From an uncultured beta proteobacterium (GTDB taxonomy: Bacteria > Pseudomonadota > Gammaproteobacteria > Burkholderiales > Burkholderiaceae_C), in contig CAVZYL010000026.1 of assembly GCA_963779435.1 (NCBI GenBank), positions 19,779 through 83,778 of the forward strand: 64,000 nt of DNA. Reading direction: 5' to 3'. Below are positions 19,486 through 29,947 of this stretch, piece by piece; position 1 is the stretch's first letter, and each line of letters starts with the position of its first letter. Under the pieces are notes generated by a model that was not told the origin of the DNA, searched no databases, and saw nothing but the letters and a program-made list of their open reading frames with translations. Position numbers and translations under genes: made by a program.

Positions 19486-22294
19486 TCAGTGCGCCTTGTC
19501 CCAGTTCGCGCCCGACGCCGACCTCGGCCAGCAGCGGCACCTTGAGCTGCGGCCACGCCGGCCATCAGGCGCGGCACTTCGGCTTCGACCCAGTCGACTT
19601 CGGCCTCGGGCACCTCGAACACCAGTTCGTCGTGCACCTGCATGATCATCTTCGTGGCGCGCTGCTCGTCGTCGAGCACCTGCTGCACCTCGACCATGCT
19701 CAGCTTGATCAGGTCGGCCGCCGTGCCCTGCATCGGCGCGTTGATGGCTGCGCGCTCGGCGCCGGCGCGGCGCGGGCCGTTGCGGCGAATTGATCTCGGG
19801 CAGGTACAGGCGCCGGCCGAACACGGTCTCGACATAGCCGCTGCTCGGCGGCCTGCGCCTTGGTCTCGTCCATGTAGCGCTTGACGCCGGGATAGCGCTC
19901 GAAGTAGCGCTCGATGTAGTCGCTGCGCCGCCTTGCTGCTCGATGCCCAGGTTGCGCGCCAGGCCGAAGGCGCTCATGCCGTAGATCAGGCCGAAGTTGA
20001 TGACCTTGGCGTAGCGGCGCTGCTCGCTGCTGACCTCGGTCACGGCGCACGCCGAACACCTCGCTCGCCGTGGCGCGGTGCACGTCCATGCCCTCGCGGA
20101 AGGCGCGCAGCAGGGCCTCGTCGCCGCTGATGTGCGCCATGATGCGCAGCTCGATCTGCGAGTAGTCGGCGCTGGCGATCACGCTGCCCGGCCGGCGCGA
20201 CGAAGGCCTCGCGCACGCGCCGGCCCTCGGGCGTGCGGATCGGGATGTTCTGCAGGTTCGGGTCGTTGCTGGACAGCCGCCCGGTCACCGCCACCGCCTG
20301 CGCGTAGTGGGTGTGCACGCGGCCGGTGCGCGGGTTGACCATCAGCGGCAGCTTGTCGGTGTAGGTGCCCTTGAGCTTGGACAGGCCGCGGTGCTCCAGG
20401 ATCTTGGCCGGCAGCGGGTAGTCTTCGGCCAGTTTCTCCAGCACCTCTTCGTCGGTGCTCGGCGCGCCGCTGGCGGTCTTCTTCACCACCGGCAGGCCGA
20501 GCTTGGTGAACAGGATCTCGCCGATCTGCTTCGGGCTGCCCAGGTTGAAGGGCTGGCCGGCGAGTTCGTGCGCCTCCTGCTCCAGCTGCCACCATGCGCT
20601 CGCCGAGTTCGCGGCTTTGCGCGGCCAGCAGCGGCCGCGTCGATCAGCACGCCGTTGCGCTCGATGCGGTCAGCAGCGTCGCTGCTCGGCATCTCGAGCT
20701 CGTAGACGAAGCGCAGGCTCGGGCTCGGCCTGCAGCTGCGGCCACAGCGCCGGTGCACGTCCAGCGTCATGTCGGAGTCTTCGCCGGAGTATTCGGCCGC
20801 CTTGTCGATGTCGACCTGCGCGAACGGGATCTGGTTGCGCGCCCTTGCCGCACAGGTCTTCGTAGCTCATGCCGCTGCGGCCCAGGTGGCGCTCGGCCAG
20901 GCTGGCCAGGCCGTGCGGCTTGTGCACTTCGAGCACGTAGCTTTGCAGCATGCGTGTCGTGCGCGTAGCCCTGCACCTCGATGCCGTGGTTGGCGAACAC
21001 GTGGCGGTCGTACTTGATGTGCTGGCCGAGCTTCTGGCTGCGCCGCGTCCTCCAGCCAGGGCTTGAGTCTGCGCCAGCACCTCGTCCACGCGGCAGCTGC
21101 GTCGGGCGCGTCGGGGTAGTTGTGGCGCCAGCGGGATGTAGGCCGCCTCGCCCGGCTCCACGCTGAAGCGAGATGCCGACGATGCGCGCGCGCATCTCGT
21201 CGAGCGAGGTGGTCTCGGTGTCGAGCGCGACCAGCGGCGCGGCTCGCAGCTTCGCCAGCCAGTGCGTCGAAGTGCTCCCGCGTCAGGATCGTGTCGTAGG
21301 CTGCGCGGCAGCCCCACCCGCGCCGCAGCGATCGGTCGTCGCTGGCGCCCGTCGAAGCACCTGTGCCTTGGCCACGGTTCTGGGCGATCGGCGTCGGGCG
21401 GCAGGTTCGTCCACCTCCAGCGCTTGACAGGCCTTGAAGCCGTAACGGCTCGTAGAACGTCCAGCAGCGCGTCGCGGTCGACTTCGCGCCAAGGCCAGCG
21501 CGTCGAGCGCCGGCCAGCCCGGCACATGTGCCGACAGGTCGCAGTCGGTGTCGACGGTGACCAGCTGCGCGGCCCTGCGGCAGCCAGTCGAGCGCCTTGC
21601 GCAGGTTCTCGCCGACCGCGCCCTTGATGCGGTCGGCCGCGGCCACCACGCCGTCGAGCGAGCCGTATTCGGCAGCCACTTGGCGGCCGTCTTCGGGCCG
21701 ACCTTGTCGACGCCGGGCACGTTGTCGACCGTGTCGCCGACCAGCGTCAGGTAGTCGACGATGCGCTGTCGGCGGCACGCCGAACTTGGCCGTCACGCCG
21801 GCCACGTCGCGCGTCTCGCCGTTCATGGTGTCGATCAGCGTGACGTGCTCGTCGACCAGCTGCGCCAGGTCCTTGTCGCCGGTGGAGATGACGACGCGGT
21901 GGCCGCTGGCTGCGGCCGCACGCGCGCCAGCGTGCCGATCACGTCGTCGGCCTCGACGCCGGGCACCTCGAGCACCGGCCAGCCGAGCAGCCGCACCACC
22001 TCGTGGATCGGCTCGATCTGGCGCACCAGGTCGTCGGGCATCGGCGAGCGGTTGGCCTTGTACTGCGGGATACCAGTCGTCGCGAAAGGTCTTGCCCTTG
22101 GCGTCGAACACGCAGGCCGCATGTCGGCGCGGACAGTCGCTCGCGCAGCTTCTGCATCATGTTGATCATGCCGTGCATCGCGCCGGTGGGAAAGCCGTCC
22201 CGGGCGCTCGCAGGTCGGGCATCGCGTGGAAGGCGCGGTACAGGTAGCTCGATCCGTCGACCAGCAGGGACAGGCAGGGCGGCGATTCGCTCAT
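19486..22294 (-). pseudogene. polA: DNA polymerase I, reading frame interrupted many times (at least 12)
   Basis: The N-terminus [29 protein letters not shown] starts at 22294. The C-terminus ...MQVHDELVFEVPEAE...GANWDKAH* ends at 19486. Recognisable PolA segments are scattered over all three reverse frames, for example in track ORFs 22166..22483, 21939..22529, 21835..22122, 20867..22111, 21283..21720, 20670..21527, 20040..20489, 19709..20182, 19486..20043 and 19407..19835. Confidence 0.9.
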
Positions 22295-22355
22295 GCGCGC
22301 ATTGTGCGCCGCGGCGCACGGGAGCGTGCAGGCCGGCGCCGTAGAATCGAGCCGC

Positions 22356-22665
22356 ATGACAACCGCTCGTTCCTGCTGGCCCTGGACCTTGCTGCTGCCT
22401 GGCGCCGGCTGGCTCGGCGCCAGGACCATCGGCGCCCACAAGCAGCCGAACGGCGCAAGCGCACCGTGGTCGAGGACGACCACGTGCGCATCGAGGAGCT
22501 GCGCGTGCGGGCAGCTGCAACGCCAGCACTGATCGTCAAGCCCAAGAACAACGCGCCGAGCCTACGAGATCGTGCCCATCCCGGGCGGTCGCGACCCATC
22601 GCTCGGCCGCGGCAGCAGCCAGGGCGCGGCCGGCTCAGCGCGTCTGGAACGTCTTCAAGTTCTGA
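22356..22665 (+). pseudogene. DUF2782 small exported protein (conserved polA-thrB spacer gene), frameshifted
   Basis: The signal peptide (MTTARSCWPWTLLLPGAGWL) is in track ORF 22293..22532. The core (VVEDDHVRIEELRV...VKPKNNAPS) is in 22226..22750. The C-terminus (IPGGRDPSLGRGSSQGAAG...) is in 22572..23483. The final WNVFKF* at 22663-22665 is in the start frame again. Confidence 0.65.
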
Positions 22666-22677
22666 CCCGGTTCTGCG

Positions 22678-23668
22678 ATGGCGGTCTTCACCGAAGTCTC
22701 GCAGACGAGGCGACGCGAGTTCGTGCCGCGCCTGCTGGCCGGCGGGCTGACCGCGCTTGCGCGGCATCCAGGCCGGCATCGAGAACACCAACTACTTCGT
22801 CACCACCGAGCAGCCGGCGCCGATTAGGTGCTGACGCTGTTCGAGCGCCTGAGCGCCGAGCAGCTGCCGTTCTACCTGCACCTGATGCAGCACCTGGCGC
22901 AGCGCGGCATCCCGGTGCCCGAGCCGCAGGCCGACGCGCGGCGGCGACATCGCTGCACGCGCTCGCGGCAAGCCGGCGGCCGTGGTCAACCGGCTGCGGC
23001 GGCAGCCAGCGAGCTGGCGCCCGACGCCGGCGCACTGCGCGCAGGTGGGCGCGATGCTGGCCCGCATGCACCTCGCCGGCGCGCGACTTCGCGCGCGCCC
23101 AGCCCAACCTGCGCGGCCTGGCCTGGTGGAACGAGACCGTGCCGCGTGGTGCGGCCCTATCTCGACGCCGCGCCAGCGCGCACTGCTCGACAGCGAGCTG
23201 GCCTACCAGAGCAACGTCGCCGCGTCGGCCGGCCTACGCCGGCCTGCCGCGCGGCGCCGTCCACGCCGACCTGTTCCGCGACAACGTGCTGTTCGAGGCC
23301 GGCGACCGCGGGCACGGCTCACGCGGCTTCTTCGACTTCTACTTCGCCGGCGTCGACACGCTTGCTGTTCGACCTCGCGGTGTGCCTGAACGACTGGTGC
23401 ATCGACCTGCGACAGCGGCGCGCATGATGCGAGACCGCGCCGACGGCCTTCTCGCCGCCTACGGCGCGCGTGCGCGCCGCTGACCGCGGCCGAGCGCCGC
23501 CTGCTGCCGGCGATGCTGCGCGCCGCGGCGCTGCGCTTCTGGCTGTCGCGCCTGTGGGACTTCCACCTGCCGCGCGAGGCGGCGCTGCTGCAGGCGCACG
23601 ACCCGACCCACTTCGAGCGCGTGTTGCGCGCTCGCATCGCCACGCCCTGGCATCCCGAGGCAGCATGA
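22678..23668 (+). pseudogene. thrB: Homoserine kinase, type II (APH-fold ThrB), frameshifted many times
   Basis: MAVFTEVS starts at 22678. The segments [89 protein letters not shown]...[12 protein letters not shown] and [14 protein letters not shown], plus the C-terminus [31 protein letters not shown] (stop at 23666-23668), are split over all three forward frames. Confidence 0.85.
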
Positions 23669-23729
23669 GGCCCACCGAGGCAGCACGCACAGTGGGCGGG
23701 CCGGCGCACGCGTCGGCCGGGGCCGGCCC

Positions 23730-24560
23730 GTGACACTGCGCATCCTCGATGCCCGGCCGCGCGATGGTGCCGCGTGGGTCAGCCAGTCCTGCACTGTTCC
23801 TGAGCGGCCGCTGGCCTTCTCGGCCCTGTTCGCGTTGTTTCTGTTCGCGGCGCTGGTGCTGCTGATGTTGCCCTACATCGGCGCGGTGCTGCTGCTGATG
23901 GCGCTGCCGCTGCTCGGCCTGGGCTTCATGATCGCCACGCGCTCGGCACAGGCCGGCGGCACGGTGCATGCCGGGCAGATGCTCGAACCGTTGCAAGGTG
24001 GCACCGAAGCGGCCGTAGCGCGGCGCAAGCAACTGCTCCTGCTCTGCGGCCTGTATGCCCTGCTCACCGCACTGGTCGTGCTGGCCAGCGACGCGCTCGA
24101 TGGCGGCGCGTTTGAGCAGCTGCAGATGCTGCTGGCGAGCGCCCGCGGCGAAGCCGCGCAAAAGGAGATCGACACCCTGCTCGCCGACCCCGGCTTGCGC
24201 CAGGGATTGCTGCTGCGCGTGGGTGCCACGGCGCTGCTGTCGATCCCGTTCTGGCATGCGCCGGTGCTGGTCTGGTGGCAGGGCCAGGGCGTGGGGCAAT
24301 CGCTGTTTTCGAGCACGCTGGCCTGCTGGCGCAATCGCGGCGCGTTCCTGATCTACGGCCTGGCCTGGAGCGTGACCATCGTGCTGTTCGGGATCCTCGC
24401 CGGTGGCCTGTTCGCCCTGCTCGGCATGCCGCAACTGGTGGCCTTTGCGGCCGTGCCGGCCGGCCTGATGTTCTCGACCGTGTTCTACGTCTCGTTGCTC
24501 TTCACCTACCAGGGCTGCTTCGGCGACGACGCGGATACGGCGGACCCAGCGGCGGCGTAG
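23730..24560 (+). CDS. Multi-pass membrane protein (resembles the BPSS1780-type family often found next to thrB)
   Basis: 276 aa with a GTG start and about six hydrophobic helices. The N-terminus is MTLRILDARPRDGAAWVSQS. The family assignment is from memory of the gene neighbourhood and is not verified. Confidence 0.6.
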   Translation: MTLRILDARPRDGAAWVSQSCTVPERPLAFSALFALFLFAALVLLMLPYIGAVLLLMALPLLGLGFMIATRSAQAGGTVHAGQMLEPLQGGTEAAVARRKQLLLLCGLYALLTALVVLASDALDGGAFEQLQMLLASARGEAAQKEIDTLLADPGLRQGLLLRVGATALLSIPFWHAPVLVWWQGQGVGQSLFSSTLACWRNRGAFLIYGLAWSVTIVLFGILAGGLFALLGMPQLVAFAAVPAGLMFSTVFYVSLLFTYQGCFGDDADTADPAAA

Positions 24561-24740
24561 GCGCGTGGCTCGGCGCGGCGCCGGGCCCACCAACGCCATC
24601 CCGATGAACGGGGAAACCGGAGGCTCGGCTGACGCGTGTCAAGCATGTTACCCCTGCCACGCGCTAGTCTCTGACTCCGGACGGTGCAAGGTCAGGTCCG
24701 CGCGCGAGCGCAGTGGTCGAGATGGCAAGGAGCGCACATC

Positions 24741-25199
24741 ATGTTCAATCGCTGGAACGCCTCGCTCGAGACCGGTCAGATGCTGATGGATCTCGAGCAC
24801 CGCGTCTTGTTCTTGCTGTTTCGAAGGCTCGACGTGGCAGTCAAGACCGGACACCCGCGCGCTGCGGTCAATCACATCGTCAACGAAGTCATTCGCTTTG
24901 TAGAGTTCCACTTCGTCAGCGAAGAAAACATCATGCGTGAGACCGGCTACCCGGAGTTGCTCGCACACCAGGCGCTGCACGCGGAATTGCTCGCGACACT
25001 GCGTGTCCACGCGTCCAAGGTTGTCGGGCAGAGCGAACTTCCGGCGGACCTGTTGGCGTTCATCAACCGGTGGCAGGTGGAACACATCGCGTATCACGAT
25101 CAGCATATGGCTCTGTATGTGCGCGATTCGGCCAACAGGCCTGTTGCCGAGGACACCTACGGCGAATACCTGTTGCCCGGTGCCAGCAACCCCGCATGA
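24741..25199 (+). CDS. Bacteriohemerythrin-like protein
   Basis: Track ORF 24684..25199, trimmed to ATG 24741 (preceded by AAGGAG), giving 152 aa. Hemerythrin His/Glu ligand pattern: DLEHRVLF, FVEFHFVSEENIM, HQALHAEL and WQVEHIAYHDQHM. Confidence 0.75.
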   Translation: MFNRWNASLETGQMLMDLEHRVLFLLFRRLDVAVKTGHPRAAVNHIVNEVIRFVEFHFVSEENIMRETGYPELLAHQALHAELLATLRVHASKVVGQSELPADLLAFINRWQVEHIAYHDQHMALYVRDSANRPVAEDTYGEYLLPGASNPA

Positions 25200-25238
25200 C
25201 GCTGCCGGGCCTTGGTTTGGCACGCAGGCGCCGGCCGG

Positions 25239-27611
25239 TCAATTCACCGGCGTCAGCTTGGCGATCGACAGCTGCAACCACTTCGCGCCATGGCGGCCGA
25301 AGTTGACCTGCGCACGCGCGTCGTCGCCCTGGCCTTCGAGCGTGAGGATCACGCCCTCGCCGAACTTGGTGTGAAACACGCTCTGGCCTGAGCGCAGGCC
25401 ATGCGCCGCCGGCGCGCGCGGCGCGAACGGCGGCGGCGGCGCCGGAGCGGCCTGCACGCGGCCGGCGCCGACCATCGAACCCATGCCGCTGCCGCGTGCC
25501 CAGGCACTCTGGTACTCGCGGGCATAACCCGAGCCGAAGCCCTGGTTCTTCGGTGTCAGCCACTTCAGCGTCGCCTCGGGCAGCTCTTCGAGAAAGCGAC
25601 TCTTGACGTGGTAACGCGTCTGGCCGTGCAGCATGCGGGTCTGCGAGAAACTCAGGTACAGGCGCTTGCGGGCCCGCGTGATGGCCACGTACATCAGGCG
25701 CCGCTCCTCCTCCAGGCCGTCGTGGTCGGACATCGAGTTCTCGTGCGGGAACAGGCCCTCCTCCAGACCGGTGATGAAGACGGCGTCGAATTCCAGGCCC
25801 TTGGCCGCGTGCACGGTCATCAACTGGATCGCGTCCTGCCCGGCCTGCGCCTGGTTGTCGCCGGCCTCAAGCGCGGCATGCGTCAGGAAGGCCGCCAGCG
25901 GGCTCATGATCTCGCCGGTTTCCGCGTCGGGTGTCAGCGCCTGCGCCAGCAGCGGCACGCCACCGGCGATGGCGCCCGGCCCCTGCTCGTCGACCGGCAG
26001 CGCGACGGCGTCCTTGCCGAAGCCCTCCTGGGTCACGAAGGCCTCGGCGGCGTTGACCAGTTCGTCGAGGTTCTCGATCCGGTCCTGGCCTTCCTTCTCG
26101 GTGCGGTAGAACTCGACCAGGCCGCTGCGTTGCAGTACCGCTTCGATGATCTCGCGCAGCGTCTGGCCGCGGGTGGCCTCGCGCAGCGAGTCGATCAGCG
26201 CGACGAAGGCGCCCAGGCTGCCACCACCCTTGCCGGCGACCGCGCCGACGCTCTGGTACAGGCTGCGCGCGCTGGCCCTTGCCGCGTCCTGCAGCGGCCT
26301 CGAGCGTGCGCGCGCCGATGCCGCGCGCCGGGAAGTTGACGACCCGCAGGAAGCTGGTGTCGTCGTTCGGGTTCTCGAGCAGCCGCAGGTAGGCCAGTGC
26401 GTGTTTGACTTCGGCGCGCTCGAAGAAGCGCAGCCCGCCATAGACGCGGTAGGCGATGCCGGCGTTGAAGAGCGCGCTTTCCAGCACACGGCTTTGCGCG
26501 TTGCTGCGGTAGAGCAGCGCGACCTCCGAGCGCGGCATGCCGCCGCGGTGCAACTGGCGGATCTCGTCGAGCAGCCATTGCGCCTCGGCGTAGTCACTGG
26601 TGACCTCGACCACCCGCACCGGTTCGCCCGGCCCGGCTTCGGTGCGCAGGTTCTTGCCCAAGCGGTGAACGTTGTGCGCGATCAGGCCGTTGGCGGCGTC
26701 CAGGATGTTGCCGAACGAGCGGTAGTTCTCTTCGAGCTTGATCACGCGCCCGACGCGATACTCGCGCTCGAAATCGGCCATGTTGCCGACGCGCGCGCCG
26801 CGAAAGGCATAGATGCTCTGGTCGTCGTCGCCGACGGCGAACACGCTTTGGCCCTCCGTGCCCCGGCGGCGCAAACATTTGCAGCCAGCGGTACTGCAGG
26901 CGGTTGGTGTCCTGGAACTCGTCGACCAGCACGTGCCGGAAGCGCTGCTGGTAATGCTCGCGCAGCGGATCGTTGTCGCGCAGCAGTTCGTACGGTGCGC
27001 AGCATCAGCTCGGCAAAGTCGACCACGCCCTCGCGCTGGCATTGCTCCTCGTAGGCCTGGTAGATCTCGATCTTCTTGCGCGTCTGCTCGTCGCGTTGCT
27101 CGACGTCGCGCGGGCGAAAGCCGTCGTCCTTGTTGCTGGCGATGAACCAGGCCACCTGCTTGGGCACGAAGCGCTCTTCGTCGAGGTTCATGCCCTTGAT
27201 CACGCGCTTGACCGCCGACAACGAGTCGGCGCTGTCGAGGATCTGGAACGACTGCGGCAGGCCGGCCAGCTTCCAGTGCGCACGCAGGAAGCGATTGCAC
27301 AGGCCGTGGAAGGTGCCGATCCACATGCCGCGCACGTTGACGGGCAGCATCGTCGTCAGCCGCGTCAACATCTCCTTGGCCGCCTTGTTGGTGAACGTCA
27401 CCGCCAGCAGGCCACCGGGCGAGACCTGGCCGGTGTTGAGCAGCCAGGCAATGCGCGTGGTCAGGACACGGGTCTTGCCCGAACCCGCGCCGGCCAGAAT
27501 CAGCGCCGGCTCGGCCGGCAGCGTGACGGCGGCGAGTTGTTCGGGGTTGAGGTGGCGCAGCAGGCGGTCTTGGGTCGCGGCAGGCGAGAGCTCATCAACG
27601 GGCAGGGGCAT
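25239..27611 (-). pseudogene. uvrD: DNA helicase II (UvrD), reading frame interrupted three times
   Basis: The N-terminus ([38 protein letters not shown]...[11 protein letters not shown]) is in track ORF 26742..27611. [16 protein letters not shown] is in 26594..26932. [16 protein letters not shown]...EENYRS is in 25867..27324. The C-terminus (...MTVHAAKGLEFDAVFI...YVAITRA...KFGEGVILTLEG) is in 25239..26597. Extra bases lie near 26993, 26862 (GGGG run) and 26297. Confidence 0.9.
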
Positions 27612-27681
27612 GCAGCGATTCTAGGAGTCGTGCGGCACGTTATCTGCTTGTCATCCCGGTGGTGCATCATTGGCCTGCCTC

Positions 27682-28740
27682 ATGAACCTCTTTCGCGCTC
27701 GGCCGAACCCGATCAGCCTTGCGTTGCAGGGCGGCGGCGCCCATGGCGCCTTCACCTGGGGCGTGCTCGACGCCCTGCTCGAGGACGGCCGATTCCCCAT
27801 CACCGCTGTCAGCGCCACCAGCGCCGGCGCGATGAATGCCGTGGCGCTGGCCCACGGCCTGTGCGCCGGCGGCCGCGACGCGGCGCGCGCGGCGCTGGAG
27901 ACCTTCTGGCTCTCGGTAGCGGCCAGCGTGTCGCTCGATGGGCTGTTGGTCGGCCCGGCCGAGAGCCCAGGCTTTGCACCGGCGGCGAGGCTCTTCATGC
28001 ACTGGGCCAGTCTGATGTCGCCGCTGCAGCTCAATCCGCTGGGCCTGAACCCGTTGCGCGACCTGCTGAGCGCACAGATCGACTTCGAGCGCCTGCGCCG
28101 GCCCGACGCGCCGCGCCTGTTCATCGCCGCCACCCACGCCAACAGCGGCCGCCTGCGCATCTTCGACAACGCCGACCTCGGCGTCGAGGCCGTGCTCGCA
28201 TCGGCCTGCCTGCCCTCGCTGCAGCACGCGGTGATGATCGACGGCGAACCCTGGTGGGACGGTGGCTACAGCGCCAATCCGGCGCTGTTTCCGCTGGTGC
28301 GCGAAGGTGCGCCCGACCTGCTGATCGTGATGCTGAGCCCGTTGGTCTACGCCGCGGTACCCACCGGGGCCGACCAGATCCGCGCCCGGGCGCTCGAGTT
28401 CACGTTCAATTCGGCGTTCCTGCGCGAGGCCACGCTGCTGTCCGAATCCTGCGCCGCTGCACGCCGCTCGGTATGGCCGTTCGGGCGCTTCGAGCGCCGG
28501 CTGGTGCACCTGCGCACACACCTGATCGACGCCGAGGAGGCGTTGGCGGGGCTGACACCGGAGTCGCGCCTGATTGCCCACCGGCCGTTTCTCGAGAAAT
28601 TGCGCGACCTCGGCCGCGACCGTGCCCAGCGCTGGTTGGCGGCATCGGCATCGCAGGTCGGCCGGCGCTCGAGCGCCGACCTGGCGCGGCTGTTCGCGGC
28701 GCCGGGCCCCGGCCACCGGGGGCCCGCGGCGGCCGCGTAG
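27682..28740 (+). CDS. Patatin-like phospholipase
   Basis: Track ORF 27670..28740 starts at TTG; I prefer ATG 27682, giving 352 aa. It has the oxyanion motif [10 protein letters not shown], the nucleophile motif SATSAGA (G-x-S-x-G-like) and a later DGG (WWDGGY) providing the catalytic Asp. Confidence 0.8.
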   Translation: MNLFRARPNPISLALQGGGAHGAFTWGVLDALLEDGRFPITAVSATSAGAMNAVALAHGLCAGGRDAARAALETFWLSVAASVSLDGLLVGPAESPGFAPAARLFMHWASLMSPLQLNPLGLNPLRDLLSAQIDFERLRRPDAPRLFIAATHANSGRLRIFDNADLGVEAVLASACLPSLQHAVMIDGEPWWDGGYSANPALFPLVREGAPDLLIVMLSPLVYAAVPTGADQIRARALEFTFNSAFLREATLLSESCAAARRSVWPFGRFERRLVHLRTHLIDAEEALAGLTPESRLIAHRPFLEKLRDLGRDRAQRWLAASASQVGRRSSADLARLFAAPGPGHRGPAAAA

Positions 28741-28868
28741 AATCGGCCACCGGGCCCATATTCAGGCGCCCGGTCTCTGGTTTTCCGCCCCGCGCCTGCT
28801 CGCGGCCTCGCGAAAGACGATGCACCGGCACCCGGTCAAGCGCTCGCAACCCCTTTGCTGGAGCGATC

Positions 28869-29846
28869 ATGGAAATCTTCGACTACGACAACATCCTGCT
28901 GTTGCCGCGCAAGTGCCGCGTGCAAAGCCGCGCCGAGTGCGACCCTTCGGTCGAATTCGGCGGCCGCCGCTTCAAGTTGCCGGCGGTGCCGGCCAACATG
29001 AAGACCGTGCTCGACGAAGGCATCGCCGAGAGCCTGGCGCGCAGCGAGCACTTTTACGTCATGCACCGCTTCGACCTCGACAACGTGGCGTTTGCGCGGC
29101 GCATGCGCGAGCGCGGCCTGTTCGTCTCGATCAGCTCAGGCGTCAGAGACAGCGACGCCGCAGTCATCGACCGCCTGGCGGTCGAGGGGCTGGGCGCCGA
29201 CTACATCACGATCGACATCGCACATGGCCATGCCGACAGCGTGCGCAAAATGATCGAGCACATCAAGGCCCGCTTGCCGCAGACCTTCGTCATCGCCGGC
29301 AACGTCGCGACGCCGGAGGCGGTGATCGACCTGGAGAACTGGGGCGCCGACGCGACCAAGGTCGGCGTCGGGCCCGGCAAGGTCTGCATCACCAAGCTGA
29401 AGACCGGCTTTGGCACCGGCGGCTGGCAACTCTCGGCGCTGAAGTGGTGCGCGCGCGTGGCCACCAAGCCGATCATCGCCGACGGCGGCATCCGCCACCA
29501 CGGCGACATCGCCAAGAGCGTGCGCTTCGGTGCCGCGATGGTCATGATCGGCTCACTGTTCGCCGGCCACGAGGAGAGCCCGGGCCAGACGGTCGAGGTC
29601 GACGGCAAGCTGTACAAGGAGTACTACGGCAGCGCCTCGGACTTCAACAAGGGCGAGTACAAGCATGTCGAAGGCAAGCGCATCCTCGAGCCGATCAAGG
29701 GCGCTCTGGCCGACACGCTGCGCGAGATGCGCGAGGACCTGCAGAGCTCGATCAGCTACGCCGGCGGCAGCCAATTGGCCGATCTGCGCAAGGTGAACTA
29801 CGTCGTGCTCGGCGGCGAGAACGCGGGCGAACACCTGTTCATGTGA
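28869..29846 (+). CDS. guaC: GMP reductase (short, Bacillus-type GuaC)
   Basis: This is the last 325 aa of composite track ORF 26973..29846, starting at ATG 28869. Key segments are [66 protein letters not shown] and [14 protein letters not shown]. Confidence 0.9.
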   Translation: MEIFDYDNILLLPRKCRVQSRAECDPSVEFGGRRFKLPAVPANMKTVLDEGIAESLARSEHFYVMHRFDLDNVAFARRMRERGLFVSISSGVRDSDAAVIDRLAVEGLGADYITIDIAHGHADSVRKMIEHIKARLPQTFVIAGNVATPEAVIDLENWGADATKVGVGPGKVCITKLKTGFGTGGWQLSALKWCARVATKPIIADGGIRHHGDIAKSVRFGAAMVMIGSLFAGHEESPGQTVEVDGKLYKEYYGSASDFNKGEYKHVEGKRILEPIKGALADTLREMREDLQSSISYAGGSQLADLRKVNYVVLGGENAGEHLFM

Positions 29847-29877
29847 GGACGCGGCGCGTTCGCTTTCTCTGCATTCT

Positions 29878-29941
29878 TTGACTGCGTCGCCTTGCTTGCC
29901 GGGTCCCGCCGGGGCGGGACCCGGCAATGCAACGCAGTCAA
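29878..29941. terminator. Bidirectional hairpin between convergent guaC and gor
   Basis: A perfect 13-nt inverted repeat, GCCGGGTCCCGCC (29898-29910) and GGCGGGACCCGGC (29913-29925), is nested inside a second inverted repeat, TTGACTGCGT (29878-29887) and ACGCAGTCAA (29932-29941). Confidence 0.6.
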
Positions 29942-29947
29942 ATCAAA

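Noticed and set aside
24741-25199. Lower-GC hemerythrin gene as a possible horizontally acquired element.
   Set aside because: It is a single small gene with a good Shine-Dalgarno and no mobility genes or repeats at its borders. The compositional difference is modest by eye, and I cannot quantify it here.
27682-28740. Patatin-like phospholipase as a possible CBASS (CapV-type) effector.
   Set aside because: There is no CD-NTase/cyclase, E1/E2/JAB or other signalling gene adjacent. The gene sits alone between uvrD and guaC, in a typical housekeeping patatin context.
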